A DNA stretch of 64,000 bases, from assembly GCA_963717505.1 (NCBI GenBank), contig OY970342.1, forward strand, positions 160,001 through 224,000. Direction: 5' to 3'. The number at the start of each line of letters is the position of its first letter. Position 1 is the stretch's first letter. The stretch is from Candidatus Eiseniibacteriota bacterium. GTDB lineage: Bacteria; Eisenbacteria; RBG-16-71-46. The notes under the pieces are model-generated. The model made no database searches and was not told where the DNA came from. It saw only the letters and a list, made by a program, of their open reading frames with translations. A program made the position numbers and the translations under genes. Positions 9,775-19,402 of this stretch are shown one piece after another.

Positions 9775-10425
9775 ATGTCCGAGACTTCGACCCTGGTCAC
9801 CGAGGAGCACTTTCATTACGTCGCAGCGCGCACCACCCCCGAGGACGATTTCCTGCGCGACCTGAAGCGCGCCGCCTCGGCGGCCGGCATTCCCTCGATC
9901 TGGATCGCGCCCGAACAGGCGAGCTTCATGCAGATCGTGCTCCGGCTGGCCAAGGCGCGCGACGTGGTCGAGGTCGGCACGTTGGCCGGCTACTCGGCGA
10001 TCGCCATGGCGCGGGCACTGCCCGCCGACGGCCGGGTGCGCACCATCGAGCTGGAGCCCAAGCATGCCGAGTTCGCCCGCCAGTGGGTCGCCAAGTCGGA
10101 CGTCGCCGGGCGCGTCGAAGTCGTTCAGGGCGCGGGCATGGACGTGCTGCCCGGCTTCGCCACCGACTCGGCCGACGCCGCATTTCTCGACGCCGACAAA
10201 TCGAGCTACTCCAAGTACCTGAAAGAATGCCTGCGCATCGTGCGGCGCGGTGGGCTGATCATGGTCGACAACGCGTTCGCGTTCGGTCAGCTGTTCGACG
10301 ACAGACCGGACGACAAGGAGGTCGGTGCGGTGCGCGCGTTCAACGACCACATGGCGAAGGTGAAGGAACTGCAGGGAGTGATCGTGCCGATCGGCGATGG
10401 GCTCTGGGTGGCCGTCAAGCGCTAG
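9775..10425 (+). CDS. SAM-dependent O-methyltransferase (caffeoyl-CoA/YrrM-like)
   Basis: EVGTLAGYSA, FLDADK, MVDNA, PIGDGL motifs; AGGAG RBS. Confidence 0.9.
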   Translation: MSETSTLVTEEHFHYVAARTTPEDDFLRDLKRAASAAGIPSIWIAPEQASFMQIVLRLAKARDVVEVGTLAGYSAIAMARALPADGRVRTIELEPKHAEFARQWVAKSDVAGRVEVVQGAGMDVLPGFATDSADAAFLDADKSSYSKYLKECLRIVRRGGLIMVDNAFAFGQLFDDRPDDKEVGAVRAFNDHMAKVKELQGVIVPIGDGLWVAVKR

Positions 10426-10472
10426 ACACCGGTCCAGCGCCGCGGTTGCGACGGCGCACTCGACGCGTGGTG

Positions 10473-12032
10473 CTATCGCGCGCGCCAGCGTTCTCCGTCG
10501 CGTGTCGCGCGCCCCTCGGCTTCGAGCTTCAGCAGGTGCGCGAGCAGTGATCGCTCCGCTAACGCCCACAGCTCGCGCGGCGTCTCGGCGTACGCGCGCT
10601 CGACCAGCTCGGCGAGTGTGCGCGGCTCATCGGCCAGTGCGTCGACCACCTTGCGCTCGCGCTCGCGACGATGCGCAATCAGACTCGCGATGCGGCGTGC
10701 CACTCCCCCCTGCGGCGAGCCGTGCGCGGGGAACATGGTCGCCACTGACTCGCGCCCCAGGCGCTCGAGCGACTCGATGTAAGCCGCCATGTCCCCTTCG
10801 GGCGGATCGATGATCACGGTGCCGCCGCCACCCACGATGTGATCTCCGGTGAACAAGGACTGGGTCGGCTCGTGCACAAAACACAGGTGCCCGCGCGCAT
10901 GGCCGGGCGTGTGGATCGCACGCAGGTTCCAGTGGTGCTGGTTGGCACCGCCCGCCAGCTCCACCAGGTCGCCGTCGGCAAGCCTTCGGTGCACTTCGAT
11001 CGGCCTCGCGATCTGCGCGAGCTGATCCGCGGTCCGAGCGTGGGCCATGACCGGAATGCCGTAGCGCTCGCGTACCGCAGGGACGCCACCATAGTGATCC
11101 GGGTGCGCATGCGTCACCAAAACGCATGCCGGCGCACGCCCGGCAGCCGCCAGCGAGTCGATCAGCGAGAACAAGGTCTCGAGCTCGTCGGGATCGTCGC
11201 TCCCAGGATCGATCACCGCCATTCCCCGCTCGCCGACCAGATACGCGTTGGTATGAGTCGCGGGGGGCAGCGGTCGCGTCTGCATCGGCTGGAGCACGAT
11301 GCCGTAGCACAGCTCGATTCGCCGCGCCGGCTGGCCGGCGCGCTCGGGTCCGGTGCGCAGGCGCGCGGCCACGTCTGAGGCCATGGGGTCCAGGCCCTGA
11401 TTCGCCGCCTCGGCCAGGTCGCGGAGCGTCACCAGGATCGGCGCGGCGAAGATCGCGTGCCCCCGTAGCCAGGCGTCGAGTGCCTGCTCGGGGGCAATCC
11501 ACGCTCCCAACTCGAGCTCGCCGGGCTCGATGCGCGGCTCCTGACCTTCGGGCACGCGCGCCAGGAAGAACGTGGTGTCGAAGCGCGCGGTGGAGAACGG
11601 CGGCGTCATCCACCGGCCGGCGGGCTCCAGGGCCTCGGCGCGAAACGACCAACCTTGCGCGCGCGCGATCACGGGCAGGCGCCCCGTACCCTCGAGCAAT
11701 GCGCGCTGGGCGGCCTCGAGGGCGGCGGGATCGGCCGGCGCGGTCGCACCGAGCAACACGCCGGTCTCTTCGAGGGTCTCGCGGATCGCGCACGCGCGCA
11801 GTGCGCGGTCGCGGTCGTCACCGGCTCCGGTGAGGGGCAGCTCGAGGTCGTCTTTGGCCACGCCGCCACCCGGGAACGCGCGAAATCCCGGCATGTAGGG
11901 CACGGCGTCGCTGCGCAGTACCCAGAACACTTCGGTGGCCGGGCCGCGGCCGCGCACCAGCACGACCGCCGCCGACTCGCGAAAGCGCGGCGGAACCGGG
12001 GCCGAATCGTGCGTCGCCGCGTTGGATTTCAC
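10473..12032 (-). CDS. Fused NUDIX hydrolase / metallo-beta-lactamase-fold hydrolase
   Basis: FPGG..CAIRETLEETG Nudix box; THAHPDH, HTPGHARGH, FTGDH, PAHG MBL motifs; GTG start assumed. Confidence 0.88.
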   Translation of the reverse strand: MKSNAATHDSAPVPPRFRESAAVVLVRGRGPATEVFWVLRSDAVPYMPGFRAFPGGGVAKDDLELPLTGAGDDRDRALRACAIRETLEETGVLLGATAPADPAALEAAQRALLEGTGRLPVIARAQGWSFRAEALEPAGRWMTPPFSTARFDTTFFLARVPEGQEPRIEPGELELGAWIAPEQALDAWLRGHAIFAAPILVTLRDLAEAANQGLDPMASDVAARLRTGPERAGQPARRIELCYGIVLQPMQTRPLPPATHTNAYLVGERGMAVIDPGSDDPDELETLFSLIDSLAAAGRAPACVLVTHAHPDHYGGVPAVRERYGIPVMAHARTADQLAQIARPIEVHRRLADGDLVELAGGANQHHWNLRAIHTPGHARGHLCFVHEPTQSLFTGDHIVGGGGTVIIDPPEGDMAAYIESLERLGRESVATMFPAHGSPQGGVARRIASLIAHRRERERKVVDALADEPRTLAELVERAYAETPRELWALAERSLLAHLLKLEAEGRATRDGERWRAR

Positions 12033-12116
12033 GGGCGCGATTCTAGGCCGGTGGTGCTGCCCCGTCACTTCGTGCGGAATGCCCCGGTCTGGTGCGGCGA
12101 ACCCGCGGGTTCGACC

Positions 12117-13007
12117 TCAGTCGCCCGGGTCGGTTGCGACGTAGACCCGGCCGTTGGTCGTCATCAGACGGATCGGGGCCCCGCCCTTGCCGAGCTCGGC
12201 GCGGAAGCGCCGGCCTTGACGGTCCGTGTATCGCCCCTCGATCCCGATGTCCATCTGACCGTTGGTCGTCCCGGTTTCGAGCGTGGCGTTGTAGCCGACG
12301 GGAATCACCAGGTTGACGGCGCCGTTGGTGGTCTGCAGGTCGAGACCCGATCCCTGCCAGTGGTCGCCGTCGAGCGCGACCGCGAGGGCGCCGTTGGTGG
12401 TGCGCCCACTCACGTTCCCAGACACGCGCTTGAGCCCCACGGCGCCGTTCAGAGTCTCGAGGTCGATCGCCCCCGAGACACCCTCGATCCGAATGCCGCC
12501 GTTGAAGGCCTCGAGGTCGAGGTCGGTGACATTCGGGGTGTATATGCGAAGGCTGACGCCCCACCAAGGCCCCTCGGTGCCGCTTCGTTCGGGGCCGGTG
12601 GTTCGAATCTTGGCTTGGTCGGTTTCAACCTTGACCTGCTGGGCGAGTTCGCGCGCATCCGCTTCGGACTTTCCCCAGGTCTGGACCTTGGCGAGCACCA
12701 GGACGTCCTTCTGCTTCCAGCCCTTGACCTGAATGCTGCCGTTCATTCCCGCGTCGACAATCAGCCGCTTGGCCGCGGCCAGGCGTGTTTCGCGGACTTC
12801 GCAGTGCCCGACACTCTTCCCGTTCCAGTTGTGGCTTTGGGACTCGTCGCACCATTCGTCCTTGGCCGACGGCTCGGGAATTTCGTCATTGGAGACTCCG
12901 CGCATGCCGGCGCGAACCGACGTGGCGCTGCCATCGAAAGCGGAGGCGACCGCGAGCGCGATCCCGAGCAGGATCGCGATGGAGGGCCCAACGGGCGGCT
13001 TGGTCAT
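12117..13007 (-). CDS. Secreted DUF4097 beta-strand-repeat (adhesin-like) protein
   Basis: Signal peptide; repeated 'T(T/L)NG(A/G)(V/I)' units. Confidence 0.85.
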   Translation of the reverse strand: MTKPPVGPSIAILLGIALAVASAFDGSATSVRAGMRGVSNDEIPEPSAKDEWCDESQSHNWNGKSVGHCEVRETRLAAAKRLIVDAGMNGSIQVKGWKQKDVLVLAKVQTWGKSEADARELAQQVKVETDQAKIRTTGPERSGTEGPWWGVSLRIYTPNVTDLDLEAFNGGIRIEGVSGAIDLETLNGAVGLKRVSGNVSGRTTNGALAVALDGDHWQGSGLDLQTTNGAVNLVIPVGYNATLETGTTNGQMDIGIEGRYTDRQGRRFRAELGKGGAPIRLMTTNGRVYVATDPGD

Positions 13008-13116
13008 GGGGAACTCCCATCCGGTTGGCCGGCAGTCGGGCCGCCGGCTGAGTGATCGTCGTCAGGGTCTAGGACAGGAGCGGCGGGAAAAGGGTTGGAC
13101 GCGATCTTGCGGGGGT

Positions 13117-14784
13117 TTAGCGACGAGCCAGCCACATTCGTCCCCCGAGGGCCAGAGCCAGGAATGACGCGGCCAGACCGGCCCACAAGAGGGGCAGCCC
13201 GCGGGCGACCGCCTCCGCCGAGCCACCGGTGTAGTCGAGGACGGCCACCCGGTTGATCGCCAGGTACCAGAGCAGCATGTAGAGCACTTCGAACAGTTTT
13301 CCGCTCCCGGTCCAGGCGCCGAGGGCGATCGCGAAGGCGGGTATGAAGCACGCCCCCGCGACGATCCCGGCGAGGTGCCCCCAGGCCCCGGCAATGAGGA
13401 CCCGCACGAGGACTGCGACGGCCACCAGGATCGCCAGCGCCACGCCGGCCATCCACGAGGCGAGCACCGGGCGTAGCACCGGACGCGGCGCCGACATCGT
13501 CAGCTCAACCGTGCCATGCCGTTGCTCGCGGCCTCCGAGGCTCGACCAGTGGAGCATGGGCCAGATCCAGAGGATCGGCAGCAGCCACTCGAGCACGACC
13601 GGCAGCGGCGCGAAGCACGCGCCGACCGTCAGCCCGAGGATCGGAACCCACCACCACCGGCTGGTGCCTTTCATGAGGAGAACGAACTCCTGAACGATGA
13701 GCGGCGCCAGAGTCGGGCGCCGGGCGTTTGCGGGGAGGGCGCTCAGATGCGTGATGCCCGCGGGCGCACCCACCGCGGCTGCCGGGGCGGCATCGACGAG
13801 TGAAACCTCCAGAGGCGCGCTCGCCGGCGCGCCGCGGATTTCGGGCTCGCTCGACGGACTCTTGCGTCGCCGGCGTGGCCGCTTGGGCTCGTCCTGCCGC
13901 TGGAATCGGTCGAAGATCAGCGAGGACACGCCGAGCAAGCCGAACGCGCCGGCGAGCCACGCGAACCGTCGCGACAGGATCTCGACGCTCCACTCGACAC
14001 CGGGCCACTCGAATGTTCGCGGCCGCCAGTTGGCATCCTCGTGGAAGTTGAGGCCGGCGGAGAAGTTTTCGAGCCGTGCGGGCTCCTGCGGATACGCGCG
14101 CGCTTGCGCCTGGTAGATCGAAGGCATCGCGGCCGAGAACCCGACGAAATCTGCGCCCGGCGGCGGATAGCGGCCGTCGCTCAGGCTGCCCGAGGTCTGA
14201 AGCATCGTGATCCACACGATGAAGAACACCACGTTGCCGAAACCGCCGCGCAACCAGGGCACGACCTCGAAGAACACCGCCACACTCGCGGTCACCGCCA
14301 TCGGCGGCAGCGCGATCCACAGAAACGGGGCCACCAGCGCCCACAGGTCGAGCCGCATGTCCTCGCCGCGCAGCAGCTGAAGTCCGCCGGCGGCGATCGC
14401 GACCACCGCGATCATCCCGGTGAGCAGGGCCATGTTGCTCAGCCACTTCCCCGTGACGTAGGCGAGACGCGTGAGCGGCGTGCTCGCGAGGATCTCGCCG
14501 ACGCGGGTCGCGCGGTCGCGATCCACCGCGTCCTTCACCAGATAGAACCCGGCGAACGACAGGAACACGCCGCACAGGATCGCGCACAGCAGGCCGACGT
14601 AGGCGGAGCTGTAGGCCGGTCGAAAGTTGTCGATTTGCATGGTGATGTAACGGGAATCGAACCGGGGCAGGAACACGTTGGCGGCCCCAACCATGGCGGC
14701 GGTGGTGACCAGCGTGCGATGCCGGCGTACGCGCTCGAGGAAATCGGCAGTCGCGACGGCGAGCGCGCCGCGCAGGAGACTCAC
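13117..14784 (-). CDS. ABC-2 type transporter permease
   Basis: Two multi-TM halves; EILASTPLTRLAYVTGKW; GTG start overlaps the ATPase stop (GTGA). Confidence 0.82.
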   Translation of the reverse strand: MSLLRGALAVATADFLERVRRHRTLVTTAAMVGAANVFLPRFDSRYITMQIDNFRPAYSSAYVGLLCAILCGVFLSFAGFYLVKDAVDRDRATRVGEILASTPLTRLAYVTGKWLSNMALLTGMIAVVAIAAGGLQLLRGEDMRLDLWALVAPFLWIALPPMAVTASVAVFFEVVPWLRGGFGNVVFFIVWITMLQTSGSLSDGRYPPPGADFVGFSAAMPSIYQAQARAYPQEPARLENFSAGLNFHEDANWRPRTFEWPGVEWSVEILSRRFAWLAGAFGLLGVSSLIFDRFQRQDEPKRPRRRRKSPSSEPEIRGAPASAPLEVSLVDAAPAAAVGAPAGITHLSALPANARRPTLAPLIVQEFVLLMKGTSRWWWVPILGLTVGACFAPLPVVLEWLLPILWIWPMLHWSSLGGREQRHGTVELTMSAPRPVLRPVLASWMAGVALAILVAVAVLVRVLIAGAWGHLAGIVAGACFIPAFAIALGAWTGSGKLFEVLYMLLWYLAINRVAVLDYTGGSAEAVARGLPLLWAGLAASFLALALGGRMWLARR

Positions 14785-15668
14785 GCGGCGGCGATCGTCA
14801 TGCGTGATTGGTGCACCGCGTCGAGATAGGCGTCCTCGAGCGTCGGCGTCGCCGGGCGGGCCTCGGCGGCCGGTGCGCTCGCGCCCACCGCGCGCACCTG
14901 CAGCCCGTCGGGACGCCGGGTGACGCCGACCACGGTCGTGCGTGCGCGAACTTCGGCCAGGGCCGCGGGTGCGATCGTCCACTCCCACACGCGCCCGGCA
15001 GCACGGGCAACCAGGGCTTCCGGCGACGCATGGGCGATCAGCCGGCCGCCGGCGATCAGGGCGATGGTGGTCGCCGCAGCTTCGACGTCCGAGACGATGT
15101 GGGTCGAGAGGATCACGATTCGCTCGCCGGCCAACTCGCCGAGCAGATTGCGAAAGCGCATGCGCTCTTCGGGGTCGAGCCCGACGGTCGGCTCATCGAC
15201 GATCAGCAGCGTCGGGTCGTTGAGCAACGCCTGGGCGATGCCGACTCGCTGGCGCATGCCACCCGAGAAGCTGCCCAGCGGACGATCCTTCGCGGCCGCG
15301 AGGTTGGTCAGCTCGAGCAGTTCACCGATCCGCCGCTCGATGGCCTGGCCGCCGAGTCCGCGCACCGCCGCCAGATAGCGGAGGAACTCGAGTGCCGTGA
15401 GATTGGGATAGACGCCAAAGTCCTGCGGCAGATAGCCGAGGCTGCGGCGCACGGCGTCGGGATCGCGCAAGGCGTCGATACCGTTCCAGGTCACGCGCCC
15501 GGCACTCGGCCGCGCGATGGTCGCGACGATGCGCATCAGCGTGGACTTGCCGGCGCCGTTCGGCCCGAGCAGGCCGAGCACGCCGGGGCTCAGTGTCAGG
15601 CTGAAGTCTTCGAGCGCGCGCACTCCGCCGCGGTACTGCTTGGAAACCCGATCGATGGTTAGTTCCAC
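14781..15668 (-). CDS. ABC transporter ATP-binding protein
   Basis: GPNGAGKS, FSGGMRQR, IVDEP, STH. Confidence 0.95.
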   Translation of the reverse strand: MELTIDRVSKQYRGGVRALEDFSLTLSPGVLGLLGPNGAGKSTLMRIVATIARPSAGRVTWNGIDALRDPDAVRRSLGYLPQDFGVYPNLTALEFLRYLAAVRGLGGQAIERRIGELLELTNLAAAKDRPLGSFSGGMRQRVGIAQALLNDPTLLIVDEPTVGLDPEERMRFRNLLGELAGERIVILSTHIVSDVEAAATTIALIAGGRLIAHASPEALVARAAGRVWEWTIAPAALAEVRARTTVVGVTRRPDGLQVRAVGASAPAAEARPATPTLEDAYLDAVHQSRMTIAAA

Positions 15669-15699
15669 GCGGGGAAACTACTCGGCGGCGGAACCGTCC

Positions 15700-15744
15700 G
15701 CCAGCGCGGCCATGCGCTGGCGCTATGCGCTGGCGCTATGCGCT
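15700..15744. repeat. Short hairpin plus 13-bp tandem repeat (ATGCGCTGGCGCT x2.5) between lat and the ABC operon
   Basis: GCCAGCGC-ggccat-GCGCTGGC stem; repeat units start at 15712, 15725 and 15738 (partial). Confidence 0.5.
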
Positions 15745-15749
15745 TTGGG

Positions 15750-17087
15750 CTACGCGCTCTTGGCCACGCTCATCTCCAGCGCTCGCTTGAGAATCCCGAG
15801 CGCCTGGTCCAGCTCCTCAGTGGTCACGTCAAGCGGCGGCCGGAAGCGCAGGCCGCGTTCGCCGCACGGCAGGATCATCATCCCCAGCTCGTAGGCTTTC
15901 TCGCGCACCTGATTGCGCAGCGTGCCGTCGGCAAAGTCAATTGCGCACATTAGCCCGCGGCCGCGCGCGTTGGACATCAGGTCGGCGCGGTCGCCCTGCA
16001 ATTTGTGGAGCCCCGCGAGCAGGTGCTTGCCCGTGGCCTCGGCACGTTCGACCAGCTTGTCCGCTTCCATGATCTCGAGGAAGCGCTGGCAGCGCACCAT
16101 GTCGACCAGATTCCCGCCCCAGGTCGAGTTGATGCGGCTGCCGACCTTGAACACGTTCTCGGGCTCCTCGTCGAGCTTGCCGCCGGCCATCATGCCGCAC
16201 ACCTGCGTCTTCTTGCCGAAGGCCAGCAGGTCGGGCTCGATCCCCCAGTGCTGATGGGCCCACATGCGGCCGGTGATGCCCATGCCGGTCTGGACTTCGT
16301 CGAAGATCAGGAGTGAATGGTTCTCGTGCGCGACGTCTTTGAGCGCACGCAGGAACTCGGGCCGGAAGTGATTGTCGCCGCCCTCGGCCTGGATCGGCTC
16401 GATCAGGATCGCAGCGATCTCGTCCTGCCGATCGCGGAACGCGGAGCGAATCGCGTCGAGCGACTCCTTCTCGGCGGCCATCACCCGCGTGGTCTCGGCG
16501 TCGGTCACGGGGAAGCGCAGCTTGGGATTCGAAACCCGCGGCCAGTCGAAGTGCGCGAACAGCTCGAACTTCCTGGGGTCAGCTGTGTTGGTCATGCCGA
16601 CCGTGTAGCCGGAGCGGCCGTGGAAGGCCTCGCGGAAATGGAGGATCTGTGTGCCTTTCTCGCCGCGCACACCGCGCCGGCGATTCTGGCGCACCTTCCA
16701 GTCCATCGCGGCTTTGAGCGCGTTCTCGACCCCGGCAGCCCCACCGGCGATGAAGAACACGTGCGGCAGGTGCTCCGGCATCGCAAGCCGCGCGAAGGTC
16801 TCGACGAATTCGGCCATTTCGACGGTATAGACGTCGGAGTTGGTCGGATTGACCAGTGCAGCGCGCGTCAGCTTCGCCAGGAATTCGGGATCGCGCAGCA
16901 TGAGGTGCCCGGGGCCGACCGGCATGGTCGCAAAGAACGAGAACATGTCGAGGTATTCGCGCCCGGTGCGTGCATCGTGCAGGTGGCGCCCCCGGCTCTT
17001 CTCGAGATCGAGCACGAGATCGTAACCATCGGCCAGCATGTGGCGCGCGAGGGTCTCGTGCACGCGGTCCGGCGTGATGCGGGTCAT
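15750..17087 (-). CDS. lat: L-lysine 6-aminotransferase (class III PLP-dependent)
   Basis: YLDMFSFFA, NPTNSDVYT, VENALKAA, FHGRSGY, EPIQAEGGD, FDEVQTG, AFGKKTQVCG, RINSTWGG. Confidence 0.93.
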   Translation of the reverse strand: MTRITPDRVHETLARHMLADGYDLVLDLEKSRGRHLHDARTGREYLDMFSFFATMPVGPGHLMLRDPEFLAKLTRAALVNPTNSDVYTVEMAEFVETFARLAMPEHLPHVFFIAGGAAGVENALKAAMDWKVRQNRRRGVRGEKGTQILHFREAFHGRSGYTVGMTNTADPRKFELFAHFDWPRVSNPKLRFPVTDAETTRVMAAEKESLDAIRSAFRDRQDEIAAILIEPIQAEGGDNHFRPEFLRALKDVAHENHSLLIFDEVQTGMGITGRMWAHQHWGIEPDLLAFGKKTQVCGMMAGGKLDEEPENVFKVGSRINSTWGGNLVDMVRCQRFLEIMEADKLVERAEATGKHLLAGLHKLQGDRADLMSNARGRGLMCAIDFADGTLRNQVREKAYELGMMILPCGERGLRFRPPLDVTTEELDQALGILKRALEMSVAKSA

Positions 17088-17578
17088 GGGGCGTCTCCTT
17101 CGGCTGCGGTCGAAACGAACGTTTCTTCCTTCTGGGTGGAAAGCACGAGCAGCGTGCGGGTCTGGCGCACGCCCTCGATCCGATTGATCTCTTCGAGCAA
17201 GAGGCGCTGGAGTGCGGCGACGTCGCGCACGCGGACCTTGAGCAACAGCGAGAACTCCCCGGTCACGTGGTGGCACTCGAGCACCTGGTCGACCTCGCGC
17301 ATGCGCTGGATGAACGCGTCTTCGTTGCGCGGGTGCTCGATGAACACTTCGACGAACGCAGTGACCGCAGCCCCGACAGCGGCCGGGTTGACCATGGCCG
17401 CGAACCGGCGGATCACCCCCGAAGCCTCGAGCTTGCGCAGACGCTCGTTGACCGCCGCAGTCGAGAGTCCGACGCGCTTGGCGACCTCGGCCTGGGGCAG
17501 CTTGCCGTCGCGTTGCACCAGGCTGAGGATCTTCCGGTCCTTGGCGTCCAGGAACCTATGGATATTCGGTGTCTTCAT
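17084..17578 (-). CDS. Lrp/AsnC family transcriptional regulator
   Basis: LDAKDRKILSLVQRDG..AEVAKRVGLS..ERLRKLE HTH; ECHHVTGEF; ATGA overlap with lat. Confidence 0.93.
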   Translation of the reverse strand: MKTPNIHRFLDAKDRKILSLVQRDGKLPQAEVAKRVGLSTAAVNERLRKLEASGVIRRFAAMVNPAAVGAAVTAFVEVFIEHPRNEDAFIQRMREVDQVLECHHVTGEFSLLLKVRVRDVAALQRLLLEEINRIEGVRQTRTLLVLSTQKEETFVSTAAEGDAP

Positions 17579-17702
17579 GGACTGACGAGTATATGTTCGG
17601 CACATATCGTACGCAACCGTAGAGTTTTCAGATCAACTGTCCCCGGGGACAGTTCGCGGGGCCCCGCGTGGTTTGGGCCGGCGTGCTAGGATGCTGCGCC
17701 CC

Positions 17703-18329
17703 ATGATCTTCGCTCTCGACCTCGAGGGGGTTCTCGCCCCCGAAATCTGGCCCATCCTTGGGGCCCACTTCGGCGTGCCCGAGCTGTCCCTGACCACCCG
17801 CGACATCGAGGACTTCGGCGAGCTGATGGCCCGGCGGGTCGAAGGCACCCGGGCCAAGAAGGTCCGGCTCAGCGACCTGGAGCGCGTCGCCCATCAGGTC
17901 GAGCCCTACCTCGGCGCCCGTGAGTTTCTGACCCGACTGCGGGGCCTCGGCCAGGTGGTCATCATCTCCGACACCTTCCACGAGTTTTCGGAGCCGCTGC
18001 TGCAGAAGCTCGGCGGGCACAGCCTGTTCGCCAATCGATTCGAACTGAACGGCGACGGGATGGTGCGCGGATTCAAGCTGCGCATCCGCGGCAAGAAGGA
18101 GCGCATCGTGTCGGGATTCCGCAGCGCCGGCTTCGCGGTAGCGGCGATGGGCGACAGCCTGAACGACTTGTCGCTGCTCCGCAGCTCGGACTATCGGGTG
18201 CTCTATCGGCCGGTCGATCGGCTGCGCGCCGAGTTTCCGGGCGATCCGGTCGCGGTCAATCTCGACGAGGCGCTGGTGTTCCTCACCACCGCGTGGCGCA
18301 ACGCGCAGGAAGAACGCGGCGCGAACTGA
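17703..18329 (+). CDS. thrH: Bifunctional phosphoserine phosphatase / homoserine phosphotransferase (HAD)
   Basis: LDLEGVLAPEIW, LTTRDI.D..ELM..R, ISDTF.EF, GDSLND. Confidence 0.88.
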   Translation: MIFALDLEGVLAPEIWPILGAHFGVPELSLTTRDIEDFGELMARRVEGTRAKKVRLSDLERVAHQVEPYLGAREFLTRLRGLGQVVIISDTFHEFSEPLLQKLGGHSLFANRFELNGDGMVRGFKLRIRGKKERIVSGFRSAGFAVAAMGDSLNDLSLLRSSDYRVLYRPVDRLRAEFPGDPVAVNLDEALVFLTTAWRNAQEERGAN

Positions 18330-18593
18330 CTCTTGGTCAGTAGGTTGAACTAAGGCTATCTACAGCTTCGCTCGCGAGAATCAGTAGCGCAGCGTTTCCA
18401 ACCTGCGCCGGCAAGTCAACCGAAATGTGCCGACCGACCTCCTGTTCGGGCGCTGGTTGCCGCCGCACTCGCCCGGCGACGGAAAGGTGCCACCGGCCGC
18501 ACCGACACGTGAAATCGTGGCGGGCACCTCGCGTGCTCGCCGGCCCTCGCTTCCCACGCTCGAACCACTGGCGCTCAAGGCCCAAATACTTGC

Positions 18594-19208
18594 CTAGTCG
18601 CTCTTCGCGAGCCCCTTGACGACGCACTGGAACACGCGGTTCACGAACGCATCGTTCAACGGCTGGTGGCGGACGAACATGCGATAGAACAACGGCCCGA
18701 CGAGCAGGTCGACGATCACGAGGGCCGGCACGTCCTTGCGTAAAGCGCCTGACGCCTGCGCTTCCCGAATCATCTTCGCGGTCCCCTCGCTACGCGGATA
18801 GAACAGTCCATCGAGCAGTGCAGTGCGGATCTCCGGGTCGCGTTGTGCTTCGCCCAGGAGCGACGTCAGCAACCGCCCCATCAGGTGATCCGACGCCCCG
18901 GCGATGCCCCGCATCTCGGTGCGGACGGCTGCCAGCGGATCGGCGCCAGACGGCGGCGGCACGGCTTCCGCGGCCATGCCCATCAGCAGCTCCACCACCA
19001 GGGCCGGGCGATTGGGCCACCAGCGGTAGATGGTCGTCTTGGCGACGCCCGAGCGGGCGGCGATCGCCTCGATCGTCGCCGCTTCGAATCCGCCCTTCTC
19101 GACGAGGGTACGGGTCGCATCCAGGATGGCGCGCCGCGCCTGCTGGCTGCGGGGGCGTCCGCGCGGGGGCGCGGTGGCTGGCGCTGAGGTGGAACGCTTG
19201 GGAGCCAT
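18594..19208 (-). CDS. TetR/AcrR family regulator
   Basis: GRPRS..AILDAT..ATIEAIAARSGVAKTTIYRWW HTH. Confidence 0.93.
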   Translation of the reverse strand: MAPKRSTSAPATAPPRGRPRSQQARRAILDATRTLVEKGGFEAATIEAIAARSGVAKTTIYRWWPNRPALVVELLMGMAAEAVPPPSGADPLAAVRTEMRGIAGASDHLMGRLLTSLLGEAQRDPEIRTALLDGLFYPRSEGTAKMIREAQASGALRKDVPALVIVDLLVGPLFYRMFVRHQPLNDAFVNRVFQCVVKGLAKSD

Positions 19209-19219
19209 GGCGACAGGTT

Positions 19220-19305
19220 ACGCTACGACACGTATCGTTATCAAGGCTTGGGGCCCGTTCCGCGCCCTCGAACGAAATACCTTGAATCGCTACGCTACGT
19301 ATCGT
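19220..19305. promoter_or_regulatory. Two imperfect palindromic TetR operators (consensus ACGATACG-N3-CGTATCGT)
   Basis: ACGCTACG-aca-CGTATCGT at 19220-19238 and TCGCTACG-cta-CGTATCGT at 19287-19305 in the divergent intergenic region; TTGAAT -35-like box at 19282. Confidence 0.7.
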
Positions 19306-19402
19306 ATCTATTAGTGACAACGGGTTGTCTCCGCCGGTCGCCGGGGTCCCGAGTCTTCGCCACCCGCCCGTGACGGGGCCACCCCTCATCCAAGGGGGAG
19401 CC

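Noticed and set aside
15750-17578. Lrp-lat coupling as a novelty
   Set aside because: Adjacent lat and Lrp-family regulator genes are already known, e.g. in mycobacteria
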